64,000 nucleotides of DNA from Callorhinchus milii (GCF_018977255.1 NW_024704743.1:71798001-71862000), one strand, 5' to 3'. Positions 39,226-52,984 are shown, numbered from the stretch's first letter. The notes: a model not told the origin generated them from the sequence alone. Numbers and translations: made by a program.

Positions 39226-40677
39226 GCCTTCTTACAATTGTCTCAGTTCACCCTGTTGTTTTGCCACCCAAGAAAGATACCTTTGGAGGCTATCTGGAAG
39301 TTAAGCCCTTATCAGTCAACACTGGGCAAATTAACTATACACCAAAGCATTCGCTGGATTAAGCACCTGAGCGAACAAGACAGGTTACAGTGGCTAGGAA
39401 TATTTGCACTGAAGATAAGAAGGTTCAGGGAATATCTCTTTGAGTTAGCTAAGATGAGGGGTAGAGATAAACTGTGGAGGGAAGGAGGTAATTGGAGGGA
39501 CTCCACGATGGAATTCCAGAGAGCAGGGGTAGAATGGCTCCAAGCTTGGCACTCCTCGTCTATCTAACTATAGATCTTTTTCCATGAAGGGTAACTTAAA
39601 GTTAATTACTGTAGATAGGTACCTTTCTAAAACTGTGAATTTCTCCCTAAGGAAATGAAAGAACATACACAGAAGTAGCTAATGAGCTTCCTCTGCAAAA
39701 GGTAATTAGCTAATCTTTCAAGTCGTTCCTCACTATAAACATCTTGTTAACATCTTCATTTCACATCAGGTACGCTAGGTCAGTACAAGGACAAGGTTCT
39801 AACACCTAGCCTCATGATTCTATCATGACCAATTACAACTTATTCTCTACCTTATGTTGTTAAAAATATATTTCTTGAATTATTGGACTAATTATAATAA
39901 TTCCCTCTTGATATTGACTTGATATTTAATAACAAGTAAAAGCACTTGTAATACAATCCGATTTGCATTTATATAGCGACTTTCACATCAGGAGGACCTC
40001 TCAAAAATCTCATCAAACTTGGATGGACACCGAGCTGGGGCAGGAGGCATAAACTATAAATTGATATAAAATAATTATAACGAGGCTCTTAGAAAAACCT
40101 ATCGCTGTTCAGTAAATATTTTAGAATTTGCACTATATTCTGAATCCAGGTCAGGAGGTGCAAAATAAATTAAGGGACACTGGGATGGAGTTCCACAGGG
40201 CGAGGGCAGAAAGATTGAAGGCCTGATTACCGCTGGTGGGCAAGCAGGGTGGGGAATGTGAAGCACTGTGGTGGAGTGCCCGCTTAACAGAGGGAGGGGT
40301 GGGTTTTAAGGTTTTAGCTGGTTGTAGAGGCAGGGTGGGGCAAGACAGTGAGCCCTCACTTTAAAAGTGAGAACTCGATTCTCCGGGGGTTGGGGATCCA
40401 GTGGAGCTGGGTGACAAGGCTCACGGAGCTAAGTGTGGGAGAGGTAAGTGTGCAGAGTTCTGAATAATCTGCAATTTGTGGCGCGAAGAGTTGGGAAGTC
40501 TGGTGAGCAGAGTTGGCATAGTGAAGCCTGGACGTGATGAAAAAGACTGTCACCAACAAACAAGGATAAGGGTATTATAGGCGTCATTCGGTCTCAGTTG
40601 GTAGCACTCTTGTCTCTGAATCAGAAGGATGTGGGTTCAAGCCTTATATCAGGACTTTTAACTCATATATTCTAGGA

Positions 40678-40860
40678 CAGTGATTCTCAAACAAATGTTT
40701 CTGGTGGCCGCAGTGTGTGTTGGTGGCCTCGGTGCTAGTTGTTTCTAAAAAAAATACTTTGTTAATCATATAACAAATAAAGAAAATGTAGCATATCACT
40801 TCTTAAATGGGTTTGCATTGATTTCCGTATATTTGACAAACCACATTTGAGAAAATCCTG
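40678..40860. mobile_element. Possible hAT/MER5-like MITE inserted in a Deu SINE
   Basis: Left end CAGTGATTCTCAAAC, degenerate right end TTTGAGAAAATCCTG; no clear TSD. Confidence 0.35.
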
Positions 40861-42489
40861 GTATCCCATGTATTGTGGGTTGTGACGCCCTATGGATGAA
40901 GTGTTAAACTAAAATCTCATCAGCCTATTCAGGTCGACATCAGCAATTCCATGGCACAATTCAAATAGTGAATGGCGTTTAATCCGGTGTCCTGTCCAAC
41001 AGTCCCCCAGATTTGTTATTCACTTCATGGCTGTCTGTAGGATGTTTCTGTGCAAAAGTTGGCTGCCACATTTGCTTACAAAATTCATAGTAAATCCTGT
41101 AAAGTGATTTGAGACATCCTCCTAACAGGAACAGTGCTATATCAAATGCAAGAATTATTATTAAACTCTTAATACCCCACCATTGATATCCCACTAAACC
41201 TTCAATACATATTGAAAGGGTCTAGTTCAACATGTCCTCTTGTGGATGAGCTGGCTTCAAGGTGATATTCCTGGTAACGGAACATTGGAATCAAGGCTAT
41301 CTTCTATGGCAGTTTTGGTTGTCTTGTTCCTGAGACAACAAAGGCACTGTTAATGAACTGACAAGCCTATTTGGCTCTTTGCAGGTCTCAGAAGGGCAGA
41401 ATAATCATTTAAGGCTGGAATTTTTTTTGGGGGGGTTCCTATGAATCCTACAAGCCAAAGTTATAATCGGTTGAGCAGTCCCAGGTAGACAAGCAGCAAA
41501 AGGCTTGTCAGTCAGAGTCTGCAATGGCAAGTTATGTGGGTTTAGCAGCTTAAGCTCCTGCAGCAACCAATAGCACACTCTAGGGTCCACAAATGTTGGC
41601 CAACTTTACAGTATATTCTGTCAAGCACATTGAGACTCTAGAAGGCATGATAAGGTGCTATATCAAATGCAAGGAATATTTTTGATTAATTTGACTCTTG
41701 CCAACCTGCACCTAATATTTTCTGGAAGCTCCTCCAAGAAGAGAATGTGCGCTCCATTCCAGACATAAGGAAATTTCCATGCATAAGTGGAACTCTCAAT
41801 CTAGTTTGGATGTTCTTAAATATGGCAATGGGTTTTCACATATACACAAAAATATCCTAGTATTATTAAGAATGGTTTCTAAATCAGTCAATTATTTCAA
41901 TTTGAAACACATACACATCTGGTGTTATCAATCATGTCTCTCAAAGTTATTTATACATTATAGCTAATGATTTAAACTTGGATGAATAGATTGCATTACA
42001 TGCTTAGGTTGAGGCTGCGGGAGTGAGACTGGAAACCACCTGACATGATTTCCAGAAATACATATGAAGTTCAGTTTCCTTTTTTACAGCTTGTGATTGC
42101 TGTAGTTTGCTATTTAATTTACAGAAAGAATTAACAGGGCCACCTTCTGATTTTTATAGTTGTCTGTTCCACCAGTTGGCAGAAATTGTTTAGCAGCAAG
42201 CAGACTTCTGTTCATGTGTGTGTAATCTACTTTATCTAATTCTTCAAGGATGTAAATGACAGTCAATAGCTCCTGACTCACAGGACAGTTGAAATGAAGG
42301 ATGTCGTATCAAGATATAATACAATACATTTTCTACTTATATAACGCCTTTCAAATCAGGAGGATGTTCCAAAGGTCTTGACATTGCTGGAAACTACAGA
42401 CACTTGGGTTAGTGTGACGAGAAAATGGTTATATCATGTCAATGAAAATGTTTCAAAAATTATAACTGACAGGAACTGAATAAACGTAA

Positions 42490-43130
42490 CAGTAAAGCAG
42501 CAAGCAATCAAAAGACGAATGGAATACTGACTTCATAACAAAAGATCCAAATATAAAAGTAATGAAGTGTTGCTGCAGTTGTTTAGAGTGCTGGTCAGAC
42601 CATATTTGGAGTATTGGGTTCAGTTTAGGACACCCAATATTAGGAAGGAAACACTAGCCCTGGAAGGAATCCAGTGACAATTCATTAGATTGACACCTGA
42701 GATGAAAGAGCTTAGATATGACGAAAGGCTGGGTAAATTTAGGTTTATTTCCTGAGAGCTCAAAAGATTAAAAAGTAATTTGATGAGATCTTTAAACTAA
42801 TAAAGTAAAATAACAACCAGGATATGGGATGACTCGTTTTACTGCTAGAGGGATCCAAACCAAGGAAGTTTAATCTTACAATTTAAAGTAAGTCAGTTGG
42901 AAGTCATATCTGAAGCCATTTCTTCAGACAAAGGGATGTGAAAATGTAGTCAGTATGGCCCCAGAAACAAGAACAACAACAACAACAACAGCAAAATTAC
43001 ATTTGTATAGCGCCTTTCACGTCGGGAGGATGTCCAAAATCACTGGACAGTCAGTGTTTCGGACCCTGCAGAGGTAAGAAAGCAGTAGAGGTCAAATTCA
43101 TTGGAATATTTAAAAGAGATATAAGGATAG
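42490..43130 (+). mobile_element. CR1 ORF2 3' fragment (with an L2 tail inserted at ~42970-43070)
   Basis: VLLQLFRVLVRPYLEYWVQF..P..RK..LALE motif, decayed. Confidence 0.7.
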
Positions 43131-43937
43131 AATTTGCAACTTTTTTGCATTTGTTGTGTTAGTTGTCAACCATTCAATAATTACCGCAAGGTTGCAGCAC
43201 ATCGCTTATGGAAGTGGTATCACCATCATCTAGCTCACTTGATCACCGTTTTTATTGTTTCAAAGTATTTTTGAAATGTAATTTCTAGTTGTTGTGAAGG
43301 CATCTAACTTTATGTTTGCTACCAGGTTAGGATCACTACTTGCTCCATCTCTCATGGAATGAGTCCTGTTCGACCAAACTTACGACCACCACCCCCCTCC
43401 TCCCAGCTCGAAGTCATGCTCCACGACTGTTAAGCGCTCTGAGACGCTCCCTGCATGGAGGGCGCTATATAAGTGCAAGTTATTGTTGTTGTTGTCGTTG
43501 ATTCCCCTTGGGATTCTAGCTCTTCCTCAACTGAAAATAGTCACCAAACTGGGGAGCACTTCGGGATGTTATCAAAGTGATAAATCACTGTAAAATGCAT
43601 GTTCTTTCTTTGCAGAGTCCAATATCTTATACCAGTCTACCCTTACCAAGAAAATATACAAGTCTGAGCTGTCACATGAACATAGAAAATTTTAGTAAAA
43701 AAGAAAACTATTCAACACATCGAGCATGATCTTTCAACAGCCCAAATAAAATTTACCCTATTGTGCACTTCATCCCACTCCTTCAATAGCCTGGTGGAAG
43801 CCTGTTTGCAGACACTCCCTGAACCCCAAAGATAATTAAGCAAAACCTCCTGAATTTTTAGTAATCCTTCACATCCTCTCTATTCAAATGGAAGAATTTC
43901 TATTATTTTATTGAAACCTAGTCTACTACTCTCCACA

Positions 43938-45055
43938 AATAACAAAAACAACAAAATTACATTTGTAAAGCGCCTTTCACATCGGGAGGACGTCCCAAGG
44001 TGCTGGACAGACAGACTTATGGATCCGAGCTGAGGGTCGGGGTGGGGGAGGAGGGAGGGCGAGGGGAGAAGCAGGGAAATCGAAAGCACAGTCGAAGAGG
44101 AGAGTCTTGAAGGTGGCGAGGGAAGGAGCGAGATGGAGGGACTGTGGGATGGAGTTCCAGAGGGTGGGTGCAGAGTGGCTGAAGGCCCGCCCATCAATAG
44201 TGGGGCGAGCAAGGCGGGGGACATGAAGCAGGCCAGAGCCCGCTCAGCAGATGGAGCGAACAAGATGATAGGGGGTTAGGAGGTCGGAGAGGTAGGGGGG
44301 AGCAGGTCCGTGGAGGGCTTTGAAGGTGAGGACCAGAATCTTGAACTGTATCCTCTATATGATGGGAAGTCAGTGGAGTTGGGCGAGGATGGGGGTGATA
44401 GGGTCACAGAGCCTAGTGTGGGAGAGGACACCGGCTGCAGAGTTCTGGATGATCTGCAGCCTGCGGAGGGAGGAGTTGTTGAGTCCGACAAGCAATGAGT
44501 TTGCATAGTTGAGCCTCGCTGCAATAAAGGCATATATGCGGGTTTCGGCGGCCTGCGATGTGAGATAGTGGTGGAACCGGGCGATGTTGCGGAGGTGGGG
44601 GAAGGTAGAGCGGGTCATGGCACAGATGTGGGGTAGAAAGGATAGTTGAGGGTCAAACAAGACCCCAAGGTCCCGGACTGGCTTTCGTAAGGTGGAGTGT
44701 GCAACCGTGGATGGTGATGCTGTCAGTGCCTGAGGTGAGGAGGCGCTGACGGGAGCCAATCAGGAGAGCCTCGGTCTTGTTGATGTTCAACTGAAGAAAG
44801 TTAGCTCTCGTCCAGGACTCGATGTCTGATAGACATTCTGTCAGGACAGCAGTGGTCCTGATTCAAGGGTGGAGGCAGAGAGGTACAGTTGGGTGTCATC
44901 CGCATACATGTGCAAGTTGACCCAATGTCTGCGGATGATGTCACCAAGAGGAAGCATATAGATATCGATGAGGAGGGGACCACGGACAGAGCCCCGAGGA
45001 ACACCACACAAGACGGTCCGGGCATGAGAGGAGAAGCCGTTTGAGGAGATGAAGT
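43938..45055 (-). mobile_element. L2-clade LINE 3' fragment
   Basis: [12 protein letters not shown]...YADDTQLY; frameshifted. Confidence 0.9.
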
Positions 45056-45957
45056 GCAGAAATAACATTCTCCTCGCCTCCCTCAACCTCTTGCCTCTTG
45101 ACCTTAATTTCTAAGAGTATGTGCTCATCTCATTGACCTAACTCCAATTTTAGCCAGATATTAAATTTTTCTTTCTATCAATTTGTTTTGCTGGGAATCG
45201 GTTGCATACTTCCACTGTTCGGTGTTTTTTTTTAACGTCTAATCTAATTTACACATTGTTCATTCCAAATCAATGTCATATAGTTATACTTTCACAATTA
45301 CATAATGCTTAAAGCTACCTATGATGATGATAATAATCCTTGCATTTGATACAGTGCCTTATCACATTGTTGTTAAATCTCATGACAGCCTAGCCAGCCT
45401 GGTTCATCAGCAGGCCTTGAAGGGGAAGTCCAGTAACTTGGGCAGGGAGTCTTCCCACTCAACCCCGCATTTAACCCTGCAAGTCAAAGTCATAAGTCCT
45501 AGCTGGGCAAGCAGTGGTTTCAGCTGGTTAAACTGCAGCAGTGACCTAACACACACTCTGGTATCCCAAGCCTTGGCTCTTGCAAACTTGCATCTAATAC
45601 TTTCCAGAATTAAGTAAGCAGGATGCGTCCCTTCAGGGAGAGAGTGTGCATTTCATTCCAATACAGAGGAGTTTCCATGTACATTGAACTCTGTTTGGGT
45701 TGGGTACTCTTAAGCTTGGTGACAGGTTTCCACATGTGTTATACACCCAGCTGACCAAAAACAATGAATCACTATATATTAAAATTGACAAATATTGCAA
45801 GAATAATGACATTGATGTGTGGAACAAAAAACATATATCTGCAGTTTGCCCTAAAATTTGAAAAACACAAAGCTTGCATTTTTTCAGACATGGTGCAGAA
45901 ATGCTACTAATCCCTGAAAGTCTAACTACTTTGATCAGTATGACCTAAACAAATTAA

Positions 45958-46185
45958 TAAATAATAAATCCTTGCATCTTCTAGACGTCTCAAAGCGCTT
46001 CACAGAATATACCGTAAAGTGAATTGACTGAATATTTGTGGGCGAAACGCGGCAGCCAATTGCACACAGCAGTGTCCTACAAACAGTCGTGGGTTGAAGT
46101 GACCAATTTATTATTGGGTTTTTTTCTTGAGGGATTATTGTCAGGTGTGTGGAGTAAGGAAACTTGCCCAAAGTTTCGACCTGCA
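45958..46185 (-). mobile_element. tRNA-headed SINE, short form, 5'-truncated
   Basis: Reverse complement of the body and tail of 1633-1943. Confidence 0.85.
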
Positions 46186-46448
46186 TTAGATGCATCTTTG
46201 ATCGTTAGTTATTGCTCCTAATAAGATGCTCTAACTGTACAATATTCTGAATGTATTTTTATACCTTATTAAATAAGGTAAAATCAAAGAGAAATATTAA
46301 TTCCAAGATTTATTAGTATTGTCTTCTTCCAAGCTGTGCCACTTCCATTAAAAATTACAGACTTCACACAGGCTCAGAGAAAAAATGTCTCAATTTAGAC
46401 TGCAAATTAGATCCATGTTGGTACAGTTATCTACTCAACAATTAAGTG

Positions 46449-46822
46449 ATAATAATAATCCTTTCATTTAATATAGCGCCTTATCACGTCTTAGTGACAT
46501 CTCAAAGCTCTTCACAGAATCTACTGTAAAATGAATTGACTGTATATTTGTGGGAGAACGCGGCCGCCAATTGTGCACAGCAGTGTCCCACAAACAGTTG
46601 TGGATTGAGTGACTTAATTATTATTATTATCTATTCATTTTGTTGTGAAGGAATTATTAACCCTGGAAAAGCTATCCGCCAATCGACTAACAACCAGGTT
46701 CCTACTTACTGCTAGATGCTAGATGCTACTTACTTACTAGTGTGGAGTAAGGAAGCATTTCGCCCTGTCAGATCGTCTCGCTTGCGAGGCGAGTGCTGTA
46801 ACCTCTAAGCTCCAGGATTGCA
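46449..46822 (-). mobile_element. tRNA-headed SINE, long form
   Basis: Reverse complement of 34204-34572, including the internal block and head. Confidence 0.85.
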
Positions 46823-47605
46823 CAGTTGAAGGAGTACAGGATTCCACTGTTTCTTTATCTCCTCCACTGCCCTTCAGTCAGTCAGTATAAACTACTAAAC
46901 TACACAACATTTGAATTTTTAGGAATCACATTGACTGCATTATTATACAAATATTTCAAGCTATTCATTATTGTACAGTATGGTGCTATCAAGACTGTAC
47001 AACATCTAAATATTTCTTTAATAATAATAATCCTTGTATTTGATACAGTGCTTTTCATGTCTTGTAGACATCTCAAAGTTCTTCACAGAATATACTGTAA
47101 AGTGAAATGATTGACTGATTCCTGTCTTCACCAGATTATCATTATATTAAGATCATGGTGACATTTGGAGATATTAAATAATGATTTTAGGGTTTTTCGA
47201 TATATAACTTTATTCAAAATCCTTCTACTCAGTGGTGAAAAATCTGCCTCTAGCAAAGAGTTCAACTATATCCCCATCTAGTGAACGTTTGAAACAATGC
47301 AGTTGTTTTTTCAAATATAGTAAAACATATAAGTCATGTCAGTTGGGACCGTAACATTTAATATGACTTGTGCAAGATATGAGTTATGGCAAACTTGTAC
47401 AAGTTGTATCATATATGACTTATGCAAAGTTATGTATGAGTCGGATTCTATATGACTAACACATAACAAATACATAAATACTGAACTGGCTCGTGATATT
47501 AAAGCAAGGTTTCTGTACCTTATTTAATCAATGCATATTAAAGCTATTCTTTCCATATATAGTACTGCACAGTACTATACCTCATGTTCAGAAAACATAT
47601 ACTGT

Positions 47606-48420
47606 ACAACAACAACAACAAGATTACATTTATAGAGCGCCTTTCACGTCGGGAGGACTTCCCAAGGCGCTGGACAGTTGGATCGGGACCCGAGCAGGGG
47701 GGAAATGGTCAGGGTGAAGGGAGGGAAGGGAGGGAGCGAGGAGGGGGGGTAGAGAGTCGAGAGGGGAGGTGAAGGCACGGTTGAAGAGAAAGGTCTTGAG
47801 ACCGGTCTTGAAGGAGGAAAGGGAGGAAGCGGCGAAGGCACTGGAGGATGGAGTTCCAGAGCCTCGGGGCTGAGAGGCTGAAGGCCCGGCCACCGATGGT
47901 AGGGCGGTTAGGGCGGGAGATGTGGAGCAGACCGGAGCCAGAGGAACGGAGGGTACGGGCAGGTAAGTAGGGGGATAATAGGTCGGAGAGGTAGGAGGGA
48001 GCGAGGCCATGAATGGCCTTGTAGGTGAGGATGAGGATCTTGAATTGGATCCTCTGGGGGATGGGGAGCCAGTGGAGGCGAGCGAGGGTGGGAGTGATGT
48101 GGTCGCGAAGCCTGGTGCGGGACAGTACACGAGCTGCAGAGTTCTGAATGACCTGCAGCTTGTGGAGGGAGGTGCCGGGAAGGCCGGCGAGGAGAGAATT
48201 CCCGTAGTCCAACCTTGAGGTGATAAAGGCGTGGACCAGGGTTTCAGCAGCGTGAGGGGTGAGGTAGTGCCGTAGTCTAGCGATGTTCCGGAGGTGATGG
48301 AAGGCGGTGCCAGTTGTGGCGCGGATGTGGGGAAGAAAGGACAGCTCAGGGTCGAACAGAACCCCGAGGTTCCTGATTGGCTTTGAGAGGTGGAGAGTGC
48401 AGCCTTGGATGCTGATGCTG
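47606..48420 (-). mobile_element. L2-clade LINE 3' fragment, relatively young
   Basis: Long intact C-terminal frame RNLGVLFD...SRLDYGNSLLAGLP...LHWLPIPQRIQFKIL; (TTG)n tail. Confidence 0.92.
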
Positions 48421-49557
48421 TACAATGAATGGCACAACTAAACAGGTTTCAAAACAGAACTCTTTTATTAAGAATATAAACTCTTACAAAGATTGTTTCA
48501 CATGTAGCATATCTGCCCCACCATTGCCATTTTGCCCCCAATGTCTGGAGCTCCATTCCTGGAGTCCATTACATCTTGCTCCCTCCCTCACTCCCCTCTA
48601 TCAAAACATGTCAAGACAACAACAACAAGATTCCATTTATAAAGCGCCTTTCACGTCAGGAGGACGTCCCAAGGCGCTGGAAGACCTAACTCTTTTACCG
48701 TGTTTTCAGTTATCTTTCCCCTCCCCACTTCCCTCAGCTCTCACCCCAGCTCAGTTACCCAGCCAGTTAAGAGCTTTAAGACGTCCTTCCTACGTGAAAA
48801 AGGTGCTGTATAATTGTTATGTTATGTTGTTTTTCTTCATTTATGAGATGGAATGGGTTATGGAAATGTAAGAAAACAGAAACAGGAGGAAACCATAGAG
48901 CAAGTTCCATAGGGGCCTTCTACATTCAAACTTCTTAAAATCTTGTCAATGAGGAGAAAAGTAGCACCAATTTATAAAAGAAGGAAAAAAGATAACCAAG
49001 CAAGTAAGTCTGACATTTTTTGTAGGGAAACATTGGGGAACATCCTGGAGATGGAAACAAAAAGCACTTACAGAAATATAAATGCATAAGAGAGAATCAG
49101 TATGGCTTTATGGAAGCGAGATCATGCTTAGCAAATGTTAGGGGACTTCTTTGAAGGGATGATCTCCTGGCAGTTCCACCCACTTTTCTCTTCTTCTTCA
49201 TCCAATCCTCCCCCACCTTCCCTGGATCCTCCCTCCCTTGCCCTGGCTCCGCCCATCTCCAAACCTTTGATTCTACTCAACCGCAAAACTCCTTCCAATC
49301 CCAAATCTCAGTTTCTCCTGAACCCAAATGTTCAACTTCTCCCTACTCCAAATAACAATTTGCATTTATAGAGCACCCTTCACATGGGAATAGTGTCTCA
49401 GAGACCTCCAATCATTCTTGACAAATCTAATAGAATTCTCAATAAAGGTAATGCTGTGGATATATAGTATATATTTATTTTCAAAAGGTTTTTGATAAGG
49501 TACCACAAAGGAGGCTTGTTGAAAAAATTAGGGTGGAATTATTTAATGGAAAAATAA

Positions 49558-49893
49558 CAAAATAATAATAATCTTGCATTTAATATAACATCTTAACGCG
49601 TTGTTGAGACATCTCAAAGTGCTTCACTGAATATATGTGGTAAAGCAAATTAACTGTATATATTGTGGGTGAAACGCAGTAGCCAATTGCACACAGCAAT
49701 GTACCATAAACAGTTGTGGATTATTACCCCTGGAAATTGAACACCAATCAACTAACAACCAGGTTCCCGTTTACTGATAGGTAAACAGAGGTATGGGGAT
49801 CAAGAAAACTTGCCCAAAGTTTTGCCCCACCTGTGAATTGAGCCTAGGTCCTCTTGCAAGGCAAGCGCATGAACCATTACATTATGTGACTCT
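49558..49893 (-). mobile_element. tRNA-headed SINE, long form, inserted in a CR1 fossil
   Basis: (AAT)n tail, body, internal block and head on the - strand. Confidence 0.82.
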
Positions 49894-50520
49894 GGAAAGG
49901 TAGCAGCATCGATAGAAATTTGATTAAAGGATAGGAAACAGTATAAAAGAAAGTTGCTGTTGTTTTTAGAGTCAGTTTCGCTTCAGGAGGAGCTGGGGTT
50001 TGGAGTTGGAAGGAGTTGGTGTTTGGGATCAGGTTGCAACTAAAGAGTGCAAGGGGTGTTATTTGGAATGGAGAGATGTACCCTCAAAATATACCCTGTG
50101 TTAGGACCACTATTTTTCACCATTTATATAAACTATCCGGAATCCAGTAAAAAGCACAATTTCCATGTAAGTTTGCAGATGACCAAAAATAGAGTGTAGC
50201 TAACAGTGAAGAATATTGTAAGCAACTACACTGGGACATAGACAGATAAGTTGATTGGGCAGAAAAATGGCAAATGGGAAGTTTGTCTGCATTTAATTTT
50301 AATTTGCCATTTCTCTGCCCAATCAACCAATCTGCAGACATTATGGGCAGAAGAATAAGGAGAACAAGCATTTGCTGGGTAGTAAAATATTAAAAGGAGG
50401 CAAAAGGCAGAGGCACATAGAAGTTAATGTAAACAAATCCTTCGAGGTAGACAAAGCTGTCGAGAAAGTAAATGAAATTCTATGTTTTAGAAACATTGGT
50501 ATAGAATATAAAACAAAAGA

Positions 50521-50735
50521 AATAATAATAATCCTTGTATTTGATATAGCACTTTTTCACGTCTTCTACACGTCTCAAAGCGCTTCACAGAGTATACTGT
50601 AAAGTGAGTTGACAGTATATTTGTGGGCGAAACGCGGCAGCCAATTGCGCACAGCAGTGTCCCACAAACAGTCGAGGATTGAAGTAACCAATTTTATTGC
50701 TTTTTTTTCTTGAGGGCTTATTATTAGGCGTGTGG
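50521..50735 (-). mobile_element. tRNA-SINE 3' portion inserted in a CR1 fossil
   Basis: Matches the short-form body and tail. Confidence 0.82.
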
Positions 50736-51504
50736 GATTATGATAACGCTAAACCTATATAAATCATTAGTTAGACCTCAATTAGAATGTTGTGCCCAGT
50801 TTTGGTCGTCCCACTTTGGGAAGTTTTAGCTGGTTAGACTCCAGTAGTATCCCAACGCACAATCTGGGGTCTCCAAGCTTTGGCTCCTGCCAAACTGCGC
50901 CTAATACTTTCCGGAACTAGGTCAGCAGCAATCATCCCTCCGGGGAGAGAGTGCGTATTCCAATCCAACAATCTATCTCTGGGATTTCCATTTGTACTCT
51001 TAAGCATGGTAATCGGTACTCTTAAGCACGGTGATCAGTTTCCGCATGTGTCCAACACCCGGCTGACCCCAAAAAAACTTTAGGAAGGATGTCAAGGCAA
51101 AAGAGGAAGTGCAGATTTACGAGTATGGGTGGTTTGGCCTTTGAGCAGCGAATGGAGGAACTGAGGTTGTTTCCGTTGGAACAAAGGTTGAAGGATAACA
51201 TGAGAAAGGTCTTTAAAATTACGAGGATTTTGTTTGATAGAGACAAATGGAAAAAATTATTTCCACTGGATTTCTGCCAGATCCCGACCCTCGGCTCCTC
51301 CCGATCTCAAGCCCCCAACTCCTCTGTTAGACCATGGCCCATGGCCCCGGCTCCGAGAAACATACAAATCCAAGGCACAGAAGACGGCCATTTGGCCCGT
51401 TGTGTCTGTGCAGTTCCCTGAAGAGCAATCCTTACAGTCTCACGCGCTCGCCCGCCCTTTCCCCGGACTGCTCAAGCTGACTCCTCTCCTGCACCCCGAC
51501 TCCG

Positions 51505-52914
51505 CCCCTCTCACATCCTGGCTCCTCCCCTCTCAGACCCAGGCTCCTCCCATCTCACACCCCGGCCCCTCCCTCTCACACCCCAACCCCTCCCTCTCAC
51601 ACCCCGACCCCTCCCTCTCACACCCCGACCCCTCCCTCTCACACCCCAACCCCTCCCTCTCACACCCCGGCCCCTCCCTCTCACACCCCAACCCCTCCCT
51701 CTCACATCCTGGCCCTCCCTCTCACACCCCGGCCCTCCCTCTCACATCCTGGCCCCTCCCTCTCACACCCCAACCCCTCCCTCTCACACCCCAACCCCTC
51801 CCTCTCACACCCCAACCCCTCCCATCTCACACCCCGGCTCCTCCCTCTCACACCCCAACCCCTCCCTCTCACATCCTGGCCCCTCCCTCTCACACCCCAA
51901 CCCCTCCCTCTCACATCCTGGCCCCTCCCTCTCACACCCCGGCCCCTCCCTCTCACATCCTGGCCCCTCCCTCTCACACCCCGGCCCCTCCCTCTCACAT
52001 CCTGGCCCCTCCCTCTCACACCCCGGCCCCTTCCTCTCACACCCCAACCCCTCCCTCTCACACCCAACCCCTCCCTCTCACACCCCAACCCTCCCATCTC
52101 ACACCCCGGCCCCTTCCTCTCACACCCCAGCCCCTCCCTCTCACACCCCAACCCCTCCCTCTCATACCCCGGCGCCTCCCTCTCACATCCTGGCCCCTCC
52201 CTCTCACACACCCTGGCCCCTCCCTCTCACATCCTGGCCCTCCCTCTCACACCCCAACCCCTCCCTCTCACCCTGGCCCCTCCCTCTCACACCCCAACCC
52301 CTCCCTCTCATACCCCGGCCCCTCCCTCTCACACCCTGGCCCCTCCCTCTCACACACCCCGGCCCCTCCCTCTCACATCCTGGCCCCTCCCGCTCACACT
52401 GGCCCCTCCCTCTCGCACACTGGCCCCTCCCTCTCACACCCCGGCCCCTCCCTCTCACACACTGGCCCCTCCCTCTCACACTCTGGCCCCTCCCTCTCAC
52501 ACACTGGCCCCTCCCTCTCACACTCCGGCCCCTCCCTCTCACACTCTGGCCCCTCCCTCTCACACCCCGGCCCCTCCCTCTCACACTCTGGCCCCTCCCT
52601 CTCACACACTGGCCCCTCCCTCTCACACTCTGGCCCCTCCCTCTCACACCCTGGCCCCTCCCTCTCACACACTGGCCCCTCCCTCTCACACTCTGGCCCC
52701 TCCCTCTCACACCCTGGCCCCGCCCTCTCACACCCTGGCCCCTCCCTCTCACACACTGGCCCCTCCCTCTCACACCCTGGCCCCTCCCTCTCACACCCTG
52801 GCCCCGCCCTCTCACACCCTGGCCCCTCCCTCTCACACACTGGCCCCTCCCTCTCACACACTGGCCCCGCCCTCTCCCAGCCTGGCCCCGCCCTCTCAGA
52901 CCCAGGCTCCTCCC
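51505..52914. repeat. 21-bp minisatellite (~67 units), consensus CCCCTCCCTCTCACACCCTGG
   Basis: Direct reading of tandem units; C-rich + strand and G-rich - strand; explains the repetitive ORFs on both strands. Confidence 0.97.
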
Positions 52915-52984
52915 CCAGTGGCTGCACCAGGCTGTGCGGAGGCCTGTGTCTGTGTGTGTGTGTGTGTGTGTGCGGGGGGTGAAC

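Larger units (their letters stand above)
48900..51270 (+). mobile_element. Fossil CR1-type LINE RT region fragmented by younger insertions
   Basis: Remnants of QYGFM..RSCL, AVDIVY..FQK.FDKVP, PVLGPLFFTIYIN, FADD and SLVRPQLE in the expected order, interleaved with SINEs. Confidence 0.7.

Noticed and set aside
25085..51500. Additional gene (e.g. SVOPL, CNOT10, TERB1) in the intergenic gap
   Set aside because: No recognisable exons found on either strand by eye; small or divergent exons could have been missed.
51505..52914. CRISPR-like array
   Set aside because: Contiguous tandem units with no unique spacers, in vertebrate DNA with no cas genes.
51234..52982. 582-aa Pro/Ser/His-rich ORF and overlapping (GVRGRG)n / (CEREGPG)n ORFs
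   Set aside because: Translation of the stop-poor 21-bp minisatellite; no evidence of protein-level constraint.
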